Assembly: GCA_900316745.1 (NCBI GenBank)
Contig: ONEB01000011.1
Coordinates: forward strand, 6,105-70,104
Direction: 5' to 3'
DNA length: 64,000 bases
DNA from: an uncultured Eubacteriales bacterium
Lineage (GTDB): Bacteria; Bacillota; Clostridia; Oscillospirales; Oscillospiraceae
Part shown: positions 26,380 to 34,579 of the stretch, piece after piece
Layout: the number at the start of each line of letters is the position of its first letter
How positions within the stretch are numbered: the first letter of the stretch is position 1
The notes under the pieces: generated by a model
Database searches by the model: none
Told to the model about the DNA's origin: nothing
The model's input: the letters and a program-made list of their open reading frames with translations, nothing else
Translations under genes and position numbers: made by a program

Positions 26380-27209
26380 AGCGTAAACACCACCACCGCA
26401 GCGGATTCTGGCATATGCGCGATGCCGACGTCGCAGCGCATGGAGAGCCGCACCGACCCGTGCAGCACCTGTCTGCTGTCAGAGAGGATGTTCTGGAAAT
26501 GCACGCCCGCCGCCGGGAAGGAAAACACGTCCCCGTCGCGTTCGCAGGGAACGTACTCCCGCCCGCTGATGTACTTCACGCTTTCGACCTTGCCCTGCAT
26601 CCGCAGTCCGGTGACGCGGGACTTTGCGGTCATGGGCTTGCCGGTCAGGGAAATGGTTCCCACGCCGTTGACCACGCGCAGCTTCGCAGGCTGCTCAAAG
26701 CCCGCGTTCGCCATGGAGAGGATGTCCGAGCTTCTGCCGCGCTCCTTGGTTTTATAAATGAAAAACGGCACGCTGTACTCCCCGTCGGCAAGATGTTTGC
26801 AGAATTCCGCACCTCTGATCTGTTCCTTGCTGCGCAGCGCCAGCTTTGCCCGGTAATACTGATCAGTCTCGCGGCGGGCATAATTGGTCGCGTCAGAGCA
26901 GTACAGCGCCATGAAGTAGGCGTCATGCATCGCATTCTCCTCGTCCACGCCCTCATAGAGCAGATGGTGCAGATTGAGCTGGATCTTTTCGTGATACTCC
27001 TGCGCGGTTTTCAGACCGCGTTCGGTCAGGCGCGGGCGGCGGTTGTCGCTCATATCGACCATGCCCTCGTCCTGCAGCTCATGCATCATGTTGCTAATGT
27101 AGGTCTTTCCGTAGCCGAAGATTCGGGCCAGAGACGTTACAGAGATCGCTTCCTCACTCTGCTCGAGGAATTGAAGCAGAATTTTCATCTTCAGCAGGTC
27201 CTTGTTCAT
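26376..27209 (-). CDS. DtxR/MntR-like N-terminal wHTH regulator with an uncharacterised ~150-aa C-terminal domain (paralogue 1)
   Basis: LARIFGYGKTYISNMMHELQDEGMV...LTERGLKTAQEYHEKIQLNLHHLLYEGVDEENAMHDA. 277 aa. 4-nt overlap with paralogue 2. Confidence 0.55.
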   Translation of the reverse strand: MNKDLLKMKILLQFLEQSEEAISVTSLARIFGYGKTYISNMMHELQDEGMVDMSDNRRPRLTERGLKTAQEYHEKIQLNLHHLLYEGVDEENAMHDAYFMALYCSDATNYARRETDQYYRAKLALRSKEQIRGAEFCKHLADGEYSVPFFIYKTKERGRSSDILSMANAGFEQPAKLRVVNGVGTISLTGKPMTAKSRVTGLRMQGKVESVKYISGREYVPCERDGDVFSFPAAGVHFQNILSDSRQVLHGSVRLSMRCDVGIAHMPESAAVVVFTL

Positions 27210-27513
27210 TACGATCCGCTCCTTTTCGTTTTTCTTTTAAAACGTCCGTAACTTTACCCTCCGCACACCGGATTTTGCTGTGCGGACGATAAAGCTATGG
27301 TCATTTGTGCGATCAGATCGCTCAGTTTATGATTGTTCCTCCCTCAGAAAGCACCGCGTTGGCACGGTGCTTTCCAAAGAAGTGAGGATATTCCCCTTTT
27401 TCATCCCGAGCGGAGGATCACGCTTTAGCAGAAGGAAGGTCTGCTCCGCTCGGGATGACACGCGGGGGATTGCGTGCTTGCCCTTGCCTTCCCCCTCGGG
27501 GGAAGGCTTTTCT

Positions 27514-30500
27514 TTACGCCATATCCCGGTACAGGAACGTGACGACCTGGCCGCGGGTGCAGGGCTTGTCCGGGCTGAAGTGCGTGGCGTCCGTGCCGTT
27601 GGTGATCTGCGGGTTGTGGTTCACCGCCCAGAGCACCGCGTCGGTGTAATACTGTCCGGCGGGGACGTCGGCGAACGGATTGCTGCTGCCGGCGGCGGGC
27701 TTGTTCTCCGCGCGCCACAGGAACGTGACCACATGGGCGCGGGTGCAGGGATCGTTCGGGCTGAACGTCGTGGCGCTCGTGCCGTTGGTGATGCCGTTCT
27801 CGTTCGCCCACAGGACGGCCTTGTAGTAGTAATCCGAGGCCTTGACGTCGCTAAACGGATTGTTCGTGGTCTTCGGCTCCGGGCACCCCTTGGCGCGCCA
27901 CAGGAACGTGACGACCTGACCGCGCGTGCAGGTAGCCATGGGGCTGAAGTGCGTCGCGTCCGTGCCGTTCGTGATCTGCGGGTCATGGTTCACCGCCCAG
28001 AGGACGGGATCGTAGTAGTACTGGCCCTGCGCCACATCGACGAACGGATTCTTGACGTCCAGCTTCGGGATCTTGTGCGTCTCGGTCTCGCCGCAGACGG
28101 AGCAGGTACGGGTCTGCTCACCCTCGGCGCTCGTCGTGGCGGCCTTGGTGACCTTCCACTCGCCCCAGGTGTGACCCTTGGCGGCAATGGTCTCGCCCTG
28201 CTTCACGGTCTCACCGCAGACGGTGCAGACCTCGTCGCCGGTGTAACCGGCCTCGGTGCAGGTGGCGGCCTTGGCGTTCTTTACTTCGGTCTTGTGGCCG
28301 TCCGCGCAGGGATCGACATATTCCGCAGCCTTGTCCCAATCAAACACAAGGATGGCGTTCTGATCGAAGCCCTCCATGGCGTCGACATGAACACGGATAA
28401 AGATCTCATTCTCAGCATCGCCGCTGCGCTCGATGGCAACGGTCTTTACAAAGGTGGAGGTTCCACCGTTCAGATCCTTGTCCTGATAAGTTGCGGTGAC
28501 GGCAGCAAGCACCGGATCGGCCAGCTTATTCGCGGCATCGCGGTCAGCAAAGCTCCACATCTCCAGCAGATGACCGAAGGAAGTACCGATCGTGACGCCC
28601 TTGAGATTCAGGCTGTAAGTCAACTTGCCGTCCTTGACGGTTACGATGGCGTTGCCGTCCAGCGCGGCGTTGCCCATGGATTCCTTATCCGGGCTTGTGA
28701 AGTTCATCATCTTCACCGGAACGCTGTAGACGCCATCAGCGACAGGAGCCTTCTCCACTGCGGTGAGTTCAGTGTCCGTCGTAGCAACGGCAGTGCTCCA
28801 CGTGAATTTCAGGCGCGCGTCCATGCCATCAGGCATTGTGAGATCCATCGGCGTGTCGGGCACGGTGAAGTGCGCGGGCACATAAGTAATCTCGTTGGCA
28901 GCGGGAGCCTCCGTATTCAGGTTGAAGGAGGCGCGCTTGATGTACTTGTAGTCATTCCCGGTCTCACCGGAGATGATGGTAGTCAGGTCTCCGGTCTCCT
29001 GCACAGTCACAGGCTCACCATTCACAGTCATGGCAGTGATGGCAGTGTAGTAGCCAGTAAGATCCACAGGATTGGTGGCAAACTGCACGGTGGTGATTTT
29101 CCCGTCCTTCACAGTGACAAGAGCCCTCGGATTCAGCTCAAATGCCTTGCTGCCCATACTGGCCTCATCCGTTGCGGACTTCCAGAGCGTCATATCCACA
29201 TAGTAGTTGCCGTCATCCGGATAGGCACTCTGCTGGGTTCCGGAGTCATCGGTCTGATAGGTCTTGGTGCTGATTGCCCAGACGGAGAAGTGCGTGGTCG
29301 TCCAAGCCGCATTGCCGCCGGCAACAGTGGCGGTCTGCTTGTCTACGAGCTTGCCGTTCTTGATCTGGTAGGCATAGGCGCTGGTTCCGTCGGTGAGCTC
29401 GGTGGGCACACTCACGGTGGCCTTGCCGGAGCCAAAGTCCATATCCTTGCCGTCCACGGTCAGATTGAGCAAATACGAGGTATCGAACTTGTTGCCTGCT
29501 TTGGTAGAGATGCTGCCGCTCTTCTCGATGGAGAGAATCGCGGGCGCGTCCTTTGTGGCAGTCTCGCTGATCTGCTTTAAAAGCGCGCTGTCGAGCGTGA
29601 TGATGCCGACATTGGTGGTGATCTCCACGGGCTTGCCGCTGTCTGCAAAGGCCTTGGCAACCGACTTCGGCAGGACAACTGCAGTTGCATCAGCCGCGTC
29701 CTCGGATGCAGCGTTCACGCACACCTTATTGCTCTGGATGGAAATGCCCTTTTCTCCATTGGTGGTCAGAGCATCGCCCGTAAGCGTCGCGGTCACTTTT
29801 CCGCCGCTGGCTTCCACGGAGGCAACCTCCACAGGCTTCGAGCCTTTGGGTGCGACGGTGACGGAAATCTCCTTGGAGATCACATCAGTGCTGTCGCTGT
29901 TATTCGTCAGCTTGACGGTGACGGTGGTCTCACCAGCTGCAACGCCGGTCACGGTAACAACGCCGTCTTTCAGAACAGCGGTAGCAATGGACGCGTTGCC
30001 GCTTTCGGTGGAAAGGGCGTAGTCGTCCGCATTCTGCACGGTGACTGCCACGGTATCGCTGGCAGCATTGGAATCGCCAACAATAACGGAGACTTCCTCT
30101 TTATCAAGCTGGAGGCTGGGGAAATAGTGGTCAAGCGTCAGGGTATCCCACTGGATGGCGAGATCGGCGCGCTGCTTGCCGATGCCGAGCGCGTTCATCA
30201 TATCTACGCTTACCCGAATCAAATGCCGATTATCTTCCGCACTGTGATAGTAAAGAGGAAGGCGAACGGTATAGGGGTAACACTTCTGCGAACCATCGGA
30301 GTTATATACATGACCGTGGTCATGTTCGTCTGTGCATTCAATTATATTTGTGCTGGAACTTGCGTCTGTGTACCAGTTCTCAACTGGCACATCTTCAACA
30401 ATGCCATTGGTCGCGGCGGCGCGACTTGAGCCAGAATATGTTTCAAGTCCAACTAAGTGCCCCCACTTTCCAAAGAGATACAAAGGTTTGAAACGCACAT

Positions 30501-33009
30501 AAAGCGTGTAGCTACCATCTTGAACGTAAAGTTGCGCGTATGACTCTACAGCCCCGTTTGCCATTGATGTGCTATCTGTACCATTTGCGTAAACTACGAC
30601 GCCGACTTTGTAAACGCCATCGTTTAGACTGTTTGGATCGAGTTCAGATTTGCCTTTCAGATTATCTACCGCTCGCATGAGAGCGTTATATGTGTAGTCG
30701 ATCTCAACTTGGCTGGCGTTGACTGCAACAGATGTGAAAGTTCCATCGGAGTTGATTGAAACAATAGATTCTGCGGACGCAATTGCCGTGTTCAAAACAG
30801 CCAGCGAATCAGCGGTATATGTATTGGCATCCGCAGCCTTTTGATTTGCCATTTTCAGCGCATTCACGAGATCATCCAGATACTGATAAGTAAATACGTA
30901 TTTTTTCCCGTTAGCATCGGTAGCTGTATAAACTGTTCCATCCTTCCCAATGCGTTCAGTTGTAAACAGGCTCTTTCGCGTTACAATGCCATAATATCCC
31001 TCATAATCGCCCGAGGTTTCCGCTTTTGGGGAAAGAATATAATATCCCTGATTTGTGTCAAATGTCAGATCAGTGTCATTCTGGGAATTATAGCTGTCAA
31101 TCCAATCTTGCGTATATTCACTGTCCGCTTTATAGGTAACAGTTACACTGTCCGCAAAAGGCTTATCCGTAAACTTAAAATAGCCACCATTGAGAAGAAT
31201 GGTTCCTGCATTTGCATAGTTAATTGATGTAGTGCCACCTTCAAATTTAGCATTATCTTCAATTGTCAAGTTCACAGTTGAAGCGAGCACGCTAACTGCT
31301 GTACCGTTTTGTGAAGAAATATAGGCGTTGCCATTTACAATCACAGATTCGCGAGCCTCAAACTTGAGCGCCGTGTCTGCATTAGGACCAATATTTTTAA
31401 TTATCGCATCTCCGCCGATTTCTATCGGGTTAGATATGTAATTTAATGTAACCGTATCTTTTTCTGACGTGATAGTTCCGCCAGTAATTCTTACTGTTTC
31501 AAGGCCACTCACCGCAACACAACCTGAAATATCACCGCCCGTAATAACGAGTGACTTTCCACCAAGTACTGCATTGAGATCAATAGCATATTCTGTTGCA
31601 GACACATTTCCCTGTGTGATCGTGACAGAGCCCTGATGTTTTACGCCCTTAAACGCAATCGCTGTATCAGCTCCGCTTAACTCACCGCCATTAATGTCCA
31701 AAGAGCCGGATTCTCCTAATGTAATACCATAACTGCATGCGAATTTAATTTTGCCCGTTCCAATGCTGTCGGTGATAACTAACTTACCTGAGTTTACATG
31801 AATCGCACCAGCTTTTGCAGATGTAGCGTAAGGGGCAAGGGAAAGAATATGACCATTCAAATCAACTGAGACATCTCCACTTATTGCCGCACCAGTTTTT
31901 TGATTGGTCCAAGTCGAGTCATTCTGCAGGACAATGGTGCCACCATTTTTTGCTGCTGCAAAAGCCTCCTTTACACTCTTATAGTTGGCAACCTCCCCAC
32001 CCGCTGGAGTAACAGTTAAATCTCCAGAGTCCGTTTCGACCGGCGCGGTTTGAATACAAAAACCCTTCTCGGTCTCGTCATACATTAGAGATTTTCCTTC
32101 AGGCGTAATGATATCCGCATAGCTTTCAAAAGCTACACCAACATCTGAGGACGGTGATTTCAGAAGTCCACCGACTACTTCAGTAAGGCAGCCTGAAGCA
32201 GCAATAATTGGAGAAGCCGTTACCAGTTCCCCACTTTCAACCCTTATTTTACCTGTTATTGCATTCGTGGAGCTCATACGAGCAAAAATACTACTCTCAG
32301 CAGACAGATTAAAATTCTTCAAGATAATCTCATCAGTAGAATTCCAGCTCGTCAATTCAAAAACAGCTTTTGAGGTGCTTGTAAATGTTCCCGACCCACC
32401 AGTGACGTGAAACTTTCGACTATGAGTATCAGCAGAACCGCCTCCGTCGAGCAAATAATTCCCTGACATAGCACAATTTACGATTTCAATCGTCGAATAA
32501 TTGCCAACCGCAAAACAGGGCTTCTCTATTGTTATGCTGTCAAATTTAGCAACAATCTGATTCTCAGAGTTATTAACAATGCTTATCTTTGCATTAGCAG
32601 AATGACTCGTTAGCTTACCCGAATTAGCAGAAGAACTGTCTCTAACGGTAAAATTACCCGTTACCTCCATCGAGTTACCTCTAAACGAATATGTAAAGCC
32701 ATTTAAATCTAGTGTAATCGTCTTCCCAGTTGGATAATTAAAGTTTTCAGCCTTTTTTGCAGCTATGAAATCGGAATTAAGCTTTATCGTAACATCGTCA
32801 AGATTTTGTTCTGTGATATAAGCTCCAACTCCACTTAATGTCGTAGTATCGCCGGTGTAATTGATCTCAGTTCCATTGGAATCGAAAAGTGTAAAGCCTG
32901 GCTCACCCTCCGCTCTCGCCGCCGGCGTCATCGCCGGGAACAGCGACAGCACCATCAGCACCGCCAGAACGAGCGACAGCACACGGTTGGTTGTCTTCGT
33001 TTTTTGCAT
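27514..33009 (-). CDS. Giant (1831 aa) SLH-anchored surface protein: signal peptide, beta-helix-like repeat region, three NEAT-like domains, Ig-like (Big_2-like) domain, Cys-rich ribbons, three SLH domains
   Basis: Signal peptide ...PAARA/EGE. G-x-I/V repeat-rich region at aa ~40-620. NEAT-like segments at aa ~796-957, 1265-1406 and 1424-1562. CxxC ribbons (CTVCGE, CSVCGE). SLH x3 (FVDVAQGQYYYDPVLWAV..., FSDVKASDYYYKAVLWA..., FADVPAGQYYTDAVLWAV...). Confidence 0.85.
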   Translation of the reverse strand: MQKTKTTNRVLSLVLAVLMVLSLFPAMTPAARAEGEPGFTLFDSNGTEINYTGDTTTLSGVGAYITEQNLDDVTIKLNSDFIAAKKAENFNYPTGKTITLDLNGFTYSFRGNSMEVTGNFTVRDSSSANSGKLTSHSANAKISIVNNSENQIVAKFDSITIEKPCFAVGNYSTIEIVNCAMSGNYLLDGGGSADTHSRKFHVTGGSGTFTSTSKAVFELTSWNSTDEIILKNFNLSAESSIFARMSSTNAITGKIRVESGELVTASPIIAASGCLTEVVGGLLKSPSSDVGVAFESYADIITPEGKSLMYDETEKGFCIQTAPVETDSGDLTVTPAGGEVANYKSVKEAFAAAKNGGTIVLQNDSTWTNQKTGAAISGDVSVDLNGHILSLAPYATSAKAGAIHVNSGKLVITDSIGTGKIKFACSYGITLGESGSLDINGGELSGADTAIAFKGVKHQGSVTITQGNVSATEYAIDLNAVLGGKSLVITGGDISGCVAVSGLETVRITGGTITSEKDTVTLNYISNPIEIGGDAIIKNIGPNADTALKFEARESVIVNGNAYISSQNGTAVSVLASTVNLTIEDNAKFEGGTTSINYANAGTILLNGGYFKFTDKPFADSVTVTYKADSEYTQDWIDSYNSQNDTDLTFDTNQGYYILSPKAETSGDYEGYYGIVTRKSLFTTERIGKDGTVYTATDANGKKYVFTYQYLDDLVNALKMANQKAADANTYTADSLAVLNTAIASAESIVSINSDGTFTSVAVNASQVEIDYTYNALMRAVDNLKGKSELDPNSLNDGVYKVGVVVYANGTDSTSMANGAVESYAQLYVQDGSYTLYVRFKPLYLFGKWGHLVGLETYSGSSRAAATNGIVEDVPVENWYTDASSSTNIIECTDEHDHGHVYNSDGSQKCYPYTVRLPLYYHSAEDNRHLIRVSVDMMNALGIGKQRADLAIQWDTLTLDHYFPSLQLDKEEVSVIVGDSNAASDTVAVTVQNADDYALSTESGNASIATAVLKDGVVTVTGVAAGETTVTVKLTNNSDSTDVISKEISVTVAPKGSKPVEVASVEASGGKVTATLTGDALTTNGEKGISIQSNKVCVNAASEDAADATAVVLPKSVAKAFADSGKPVEITTNVGIITLDSALLKQISETATKDAPAILSIEKSGSISTKAGNKFDTSYLLNLTVDGKDMDFGSGKATVSVPTELTDGTSAYAYQIKNGKLVDKQTATVAGGNAAWTTTHFSVWAISTKTYQTDDSGTQQSAYPDDGNYYVDMTLWKSATDEASMGSKAFELNPRALVTVKDGKITTVQFATNPVDLTGYYTAITAMTVNGEPVTVQETGDLTTIISGETGNDYKYIKRASFNLNTEAPAANEITYVPAHFTVPDTPMDLTMPDGMDARLKFTWSTAVATTDTELTAVEKAPVADGVYSVPVKMMNFTSPDKESMGNAALDGNAIVTVKDGKLTYSLNLKGVTIGTSFGHLLEMWSFADRDAANKLADPVLAAVTATYQDKDLNGGTSTFVKTVAIERSGDAENEIFIRVHVDAMEGFDQNAILVFDWDKAAEYVDPCADGHKTEVKNAKAATCTEAGYTGDEVCTVCGETVKQGETIAAKGHTWGEWKVTKAATTSAEGEQTRTCSVCGETETHKIPKLDVKNPFVDVAQGQYYYDPVLWAVNHDPQITNGTDATHFSPMATCTRGQVVTFLWRAKGCPEPKTTNNPFSDVKASDYYYKAVLWANENGITNGTSATTFSPNDPCTRAHVVTFLWRAENKPAAGSSNPFADVPAGQYYTDAVLWAVNHNPQITNGTDATHFSPDKPCTRGQVVTFLYRDMA
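27517..28047 (-). repeat. Three tandem SLH (S-layer homology) domain repeats inside the giant gene
   Basis: Three ~58-aa units with F-x-DV...YY...A-V-L-W-A...ITNGT...F-SP...CTR...VVTFL-W/Y-R. Confidence 0.85.
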
Positions 33010-33155
33010 AGTTCTTCTTCCTTTCTATTGTAAAATTTGTATGTGTATCTAAAACCGCCGAAGCGGGTGTTTCTTCGTCTCGTCAGAATGGGCTTGCTCC
33101 ATTCCGCAGCGCCGCAAGCGGCGCGGCTCCATATCAGCGCCCCCATTCTTCCTCT

Positions 33156-33182
33156 CCAAATTGAAACCATGTTTCAATTTGG
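33156..33182. promoter_or_regulatory. Perfect 12-bp inverted repeat (3-nt spacer) in the leader of the giant gene; candidate operator or RNA hairpin
   Basis: ccaaattgaaac-cat-gtttcaatttgg, 147-173 nt upstream of the ATG at 33009. Confidence 0.5.
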
Positions 33183-33293
33183 TCTTGAGGAGGGATGGGT
33201 TTTTTGCGGGGTGTTATCCGGACTTTACAAGTGTTAGATATTGCTAACTCTGCGTGCAAACACAAGCAGGCGTCTCGCAGCCTGCGTGGTGCT

Positions 33294-33323
33294 ATTTTAT
33301 CATGTAAAAAACGGAAATTTCAA
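33294..33323 (-). promoter_or_regulatory. Predicted sigma-A type promoter for the giant gene (-35 TTGAAA, 18-nt spacer, extended -10 TGATAAAAT)
   Basis: Read on the minus strand: TTGAAA (33323-33318), then 18 nt, then TAAAAT (33299-33294), with TG two positions upstream. Confidence 0.5.
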
Positions 33324-33461
33324 TATCCCCAAATCGTTCACTCTTTTGGACAAAATAATTTGACAAAAAACTCTTGATTATCAACGTTTTTCAGAATTGG
33401 CACTACCAAAAAAGCGCCAAAAAAAGCATAAAATGGGCTCTAATTTCGCGACTATTTCATC

Positions 33462-33501
33462 CGAAAAACCGCCGTTTTGTTCAGCGCTTGCGAACAAAAC
33501 A
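33462..33501 (-). terminator. Probable intrinsic terminator ending the ICE backbone transcript before the cargo
   Basis: In mRNA sense: TGTTTTGTTC-GCAAGCGCT-GAACAAAACG followed by GCGGTTTTTCGG; about 110 nt after the stop at 33613. Confidence 0.5.
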
Positions 33502-33612
33502 GAAGATAAATTTATGAATTTTTTGTAAACTTTCGTGAATCGCACTGTGATACCCCGTCGTCGGTGCCGGATTTGTTGTTGAACGCGCCATGCGGGCTTG
33601 AATGGCCAAGAT

Positions 33613-34137
33613 TTACGGGGCTTTCTCTCCGATTGCGTGGATCGCCTTTCCGTGCCGCATTGCGTAATGAACCGCAACGACAAAAGCGGCATTGTTTTCA
33701 TGCTCATTGTACCGGATGGACAGAAGCGCTTCGGAATGGTCGATGCTCTCAAGTACCGCTTCCATTTCGCAGTCTGGGGTGTAAGCCGTCGAGATCAGGA
33801 TGCTGGAAGTAGAACTCGCGAGAACATTGAAATACCGTTCGCGCAGCTCCGGCGTCCACTTGGTTGCCTGCTCCTCATGCGGGATGACGCAAATTAGCTC
33901 TAATGCGGGATTTGTTTCCTGCAGGCCTAACACAATCTCAGCAGCGTACAGGCAAACACCTGAATCCAGCGGTATAATGAAGCCGGTAATGCCCTCCGTT
34001 GTCAGACGTGACATTTCCTGCAGCATCCGCAGCTTCAAAAGTCCGCAGCCATCTGCTTCCTCATCATAACCCCACGGAAACGACAGAGGCGGTGCGCTGA
34101 TGACAGCGCAGTATTTTTGATCTCTCTGTTGTCTCAT
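33613..34137 (-). CDS. DUF1273/YpsA-like (SLOG-fold) protein
   Basis: GITGFIIPLDSGVCLYAAEIVLGLQETNPALELICVIPHEEQATKWTPELRERYFNVL... matches my recollection of the YpsA/DUF1273 layout. Confidence 0.55.
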   Translation of the reverse strand: MRQQRDQKYCAVISAPPLSFPWGYDEEADGCGLLKLRMLQEMSRLTTEGITGFIIPLDSGVCLYAAEIVLGLQETNPALELICVIPHEEQATKWTPELRERYFNVLASSTSSILISTAYTPDCEMEAVLESIDHSEALLSIRYNEHENNAAFVVAVHYAMRHGKAIHAIGEKAP

Positions 34138-34185
34138 CTAATCTCCTTTTGTAGCGTGATTCGTTATTTCATCGTGATGTAATTA

Positions 34186-34218
34186 TATAATATCGCCTTT
34201 TACACGTCAATGACGTGT
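34186..34218 (+). promoter_or_regulatory. Candidate -10 (TATAAT) plus a 17-bp perfect palindrome (operator candidate) in the divergent region before the XRE gene
   Basis: TATAAT at 34186-34191; acacgtca-a-tgacgtgt at 34202-34218. Confidence 0.4.
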
Positions 34219-34270
34219 TTTAAATTATTTTCGTTCATAGGATCTTTGGATAAACTATTTCCAAAGGCTG

Positions 34271-34525
34271 GTGAGCGGAATGAACAAATCGTTTGACTTT
34301 CAAAACCGGATGGAAAACCTGTCCTATGCGATCGGGTATTATCGCAAGAAGAAAGGACTGTCGCAGGAGCAGCTTGCCGAGGCGATCGGTTTAAGCAGGC
34401 AGCATGTGGCCTCGATCGAAGCGCCTGGAATGGATCGTGGACTGTCGCTCGATACGCTGTTTAAGATCGCGACTGTACTGGAGATTGAACCCTATCTCCT
34501 GCTGAAATTCAAACTGGAAGTGTAA
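34271..34525 (+). CDS. XRE-family helix-turn-helix transcriptional regulator
   Basis: YYRKKKGLSQEQLAEAIGLSRQHVASIE is a classic Cro/CI-type HTH. The only plus-strand gene inside the conjugation module. The start may instead be the ATG at 34280. Confidence 0.8.
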   Translation: MSGMNKSFDFQNRMENLSYAIGYYRKKKGLSQEQLAEAIGLSRQHVASIEAPGMDRGLSLDTLFKIATVLEIEPYLLLKFKLEV

Positions 34526-34534
34526 GAAACCTGT

Positions 34535-34579
34535 GGGGACAGCTCTGAGCTCAGAGCTGTCCCCTTGTCTGTCTTTCTG
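34535..34579 (+). terminator. Intrinsic terminator after the XRE gene
   Basis: 30-nt perfect palindrome ggggacagctctgagctcagagctgtcccc followed by ttgtctgtctttctg. Confidence 0.7.

Larger units (their letters stand above)
25546..27209 (-). repeat. Tandem duplication of an 834-bp gene (two 277-codon paralogues, head to tail)
   Basis: The 3' halves align at nucleotide level over hundreds of bp, roughly three-quarters identical by eye, e.g. ...gtcgcagcgcatggagag... and ...tatttcacgctttcgaccttgccctgcatc... in both copies. Confidence 0.8.

Noticed and set aside
27486-27507. GC-rich 10-bp stem-loop immediately after the giant gene stop codon, considered as its terminator
   Set aside because: The T-tract (ttttcttt) lies on the plus-strand side, so for the minus-strand mRNA there is no U-tail. 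It may stabilise the 3' end or block antisense transcription. The hairpin at 27347-27374 or the 14-bp inverted repeat at 27402-27457 are equally possible 3' elements. I cannot assign a terminator confidently.
27280-30022. 766-aa and 209-aa plus-strand ORFs opposite the giant surface-protein gene
   Set aside because: They are antisense shadows of the high-GC half of a clearly coding minus-strand gene, with no recognisable domains. Their disappearance in the low-GC half supports a compositional origin.
33381-33752. 123-aa minus-strand ORF spanning the backbone/cargo boundary
   Set aside because: It overlaps the 3' end of the DUF1273-like gene in another frame and runs through the predicted terminator. 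It has no SD and no motifs.
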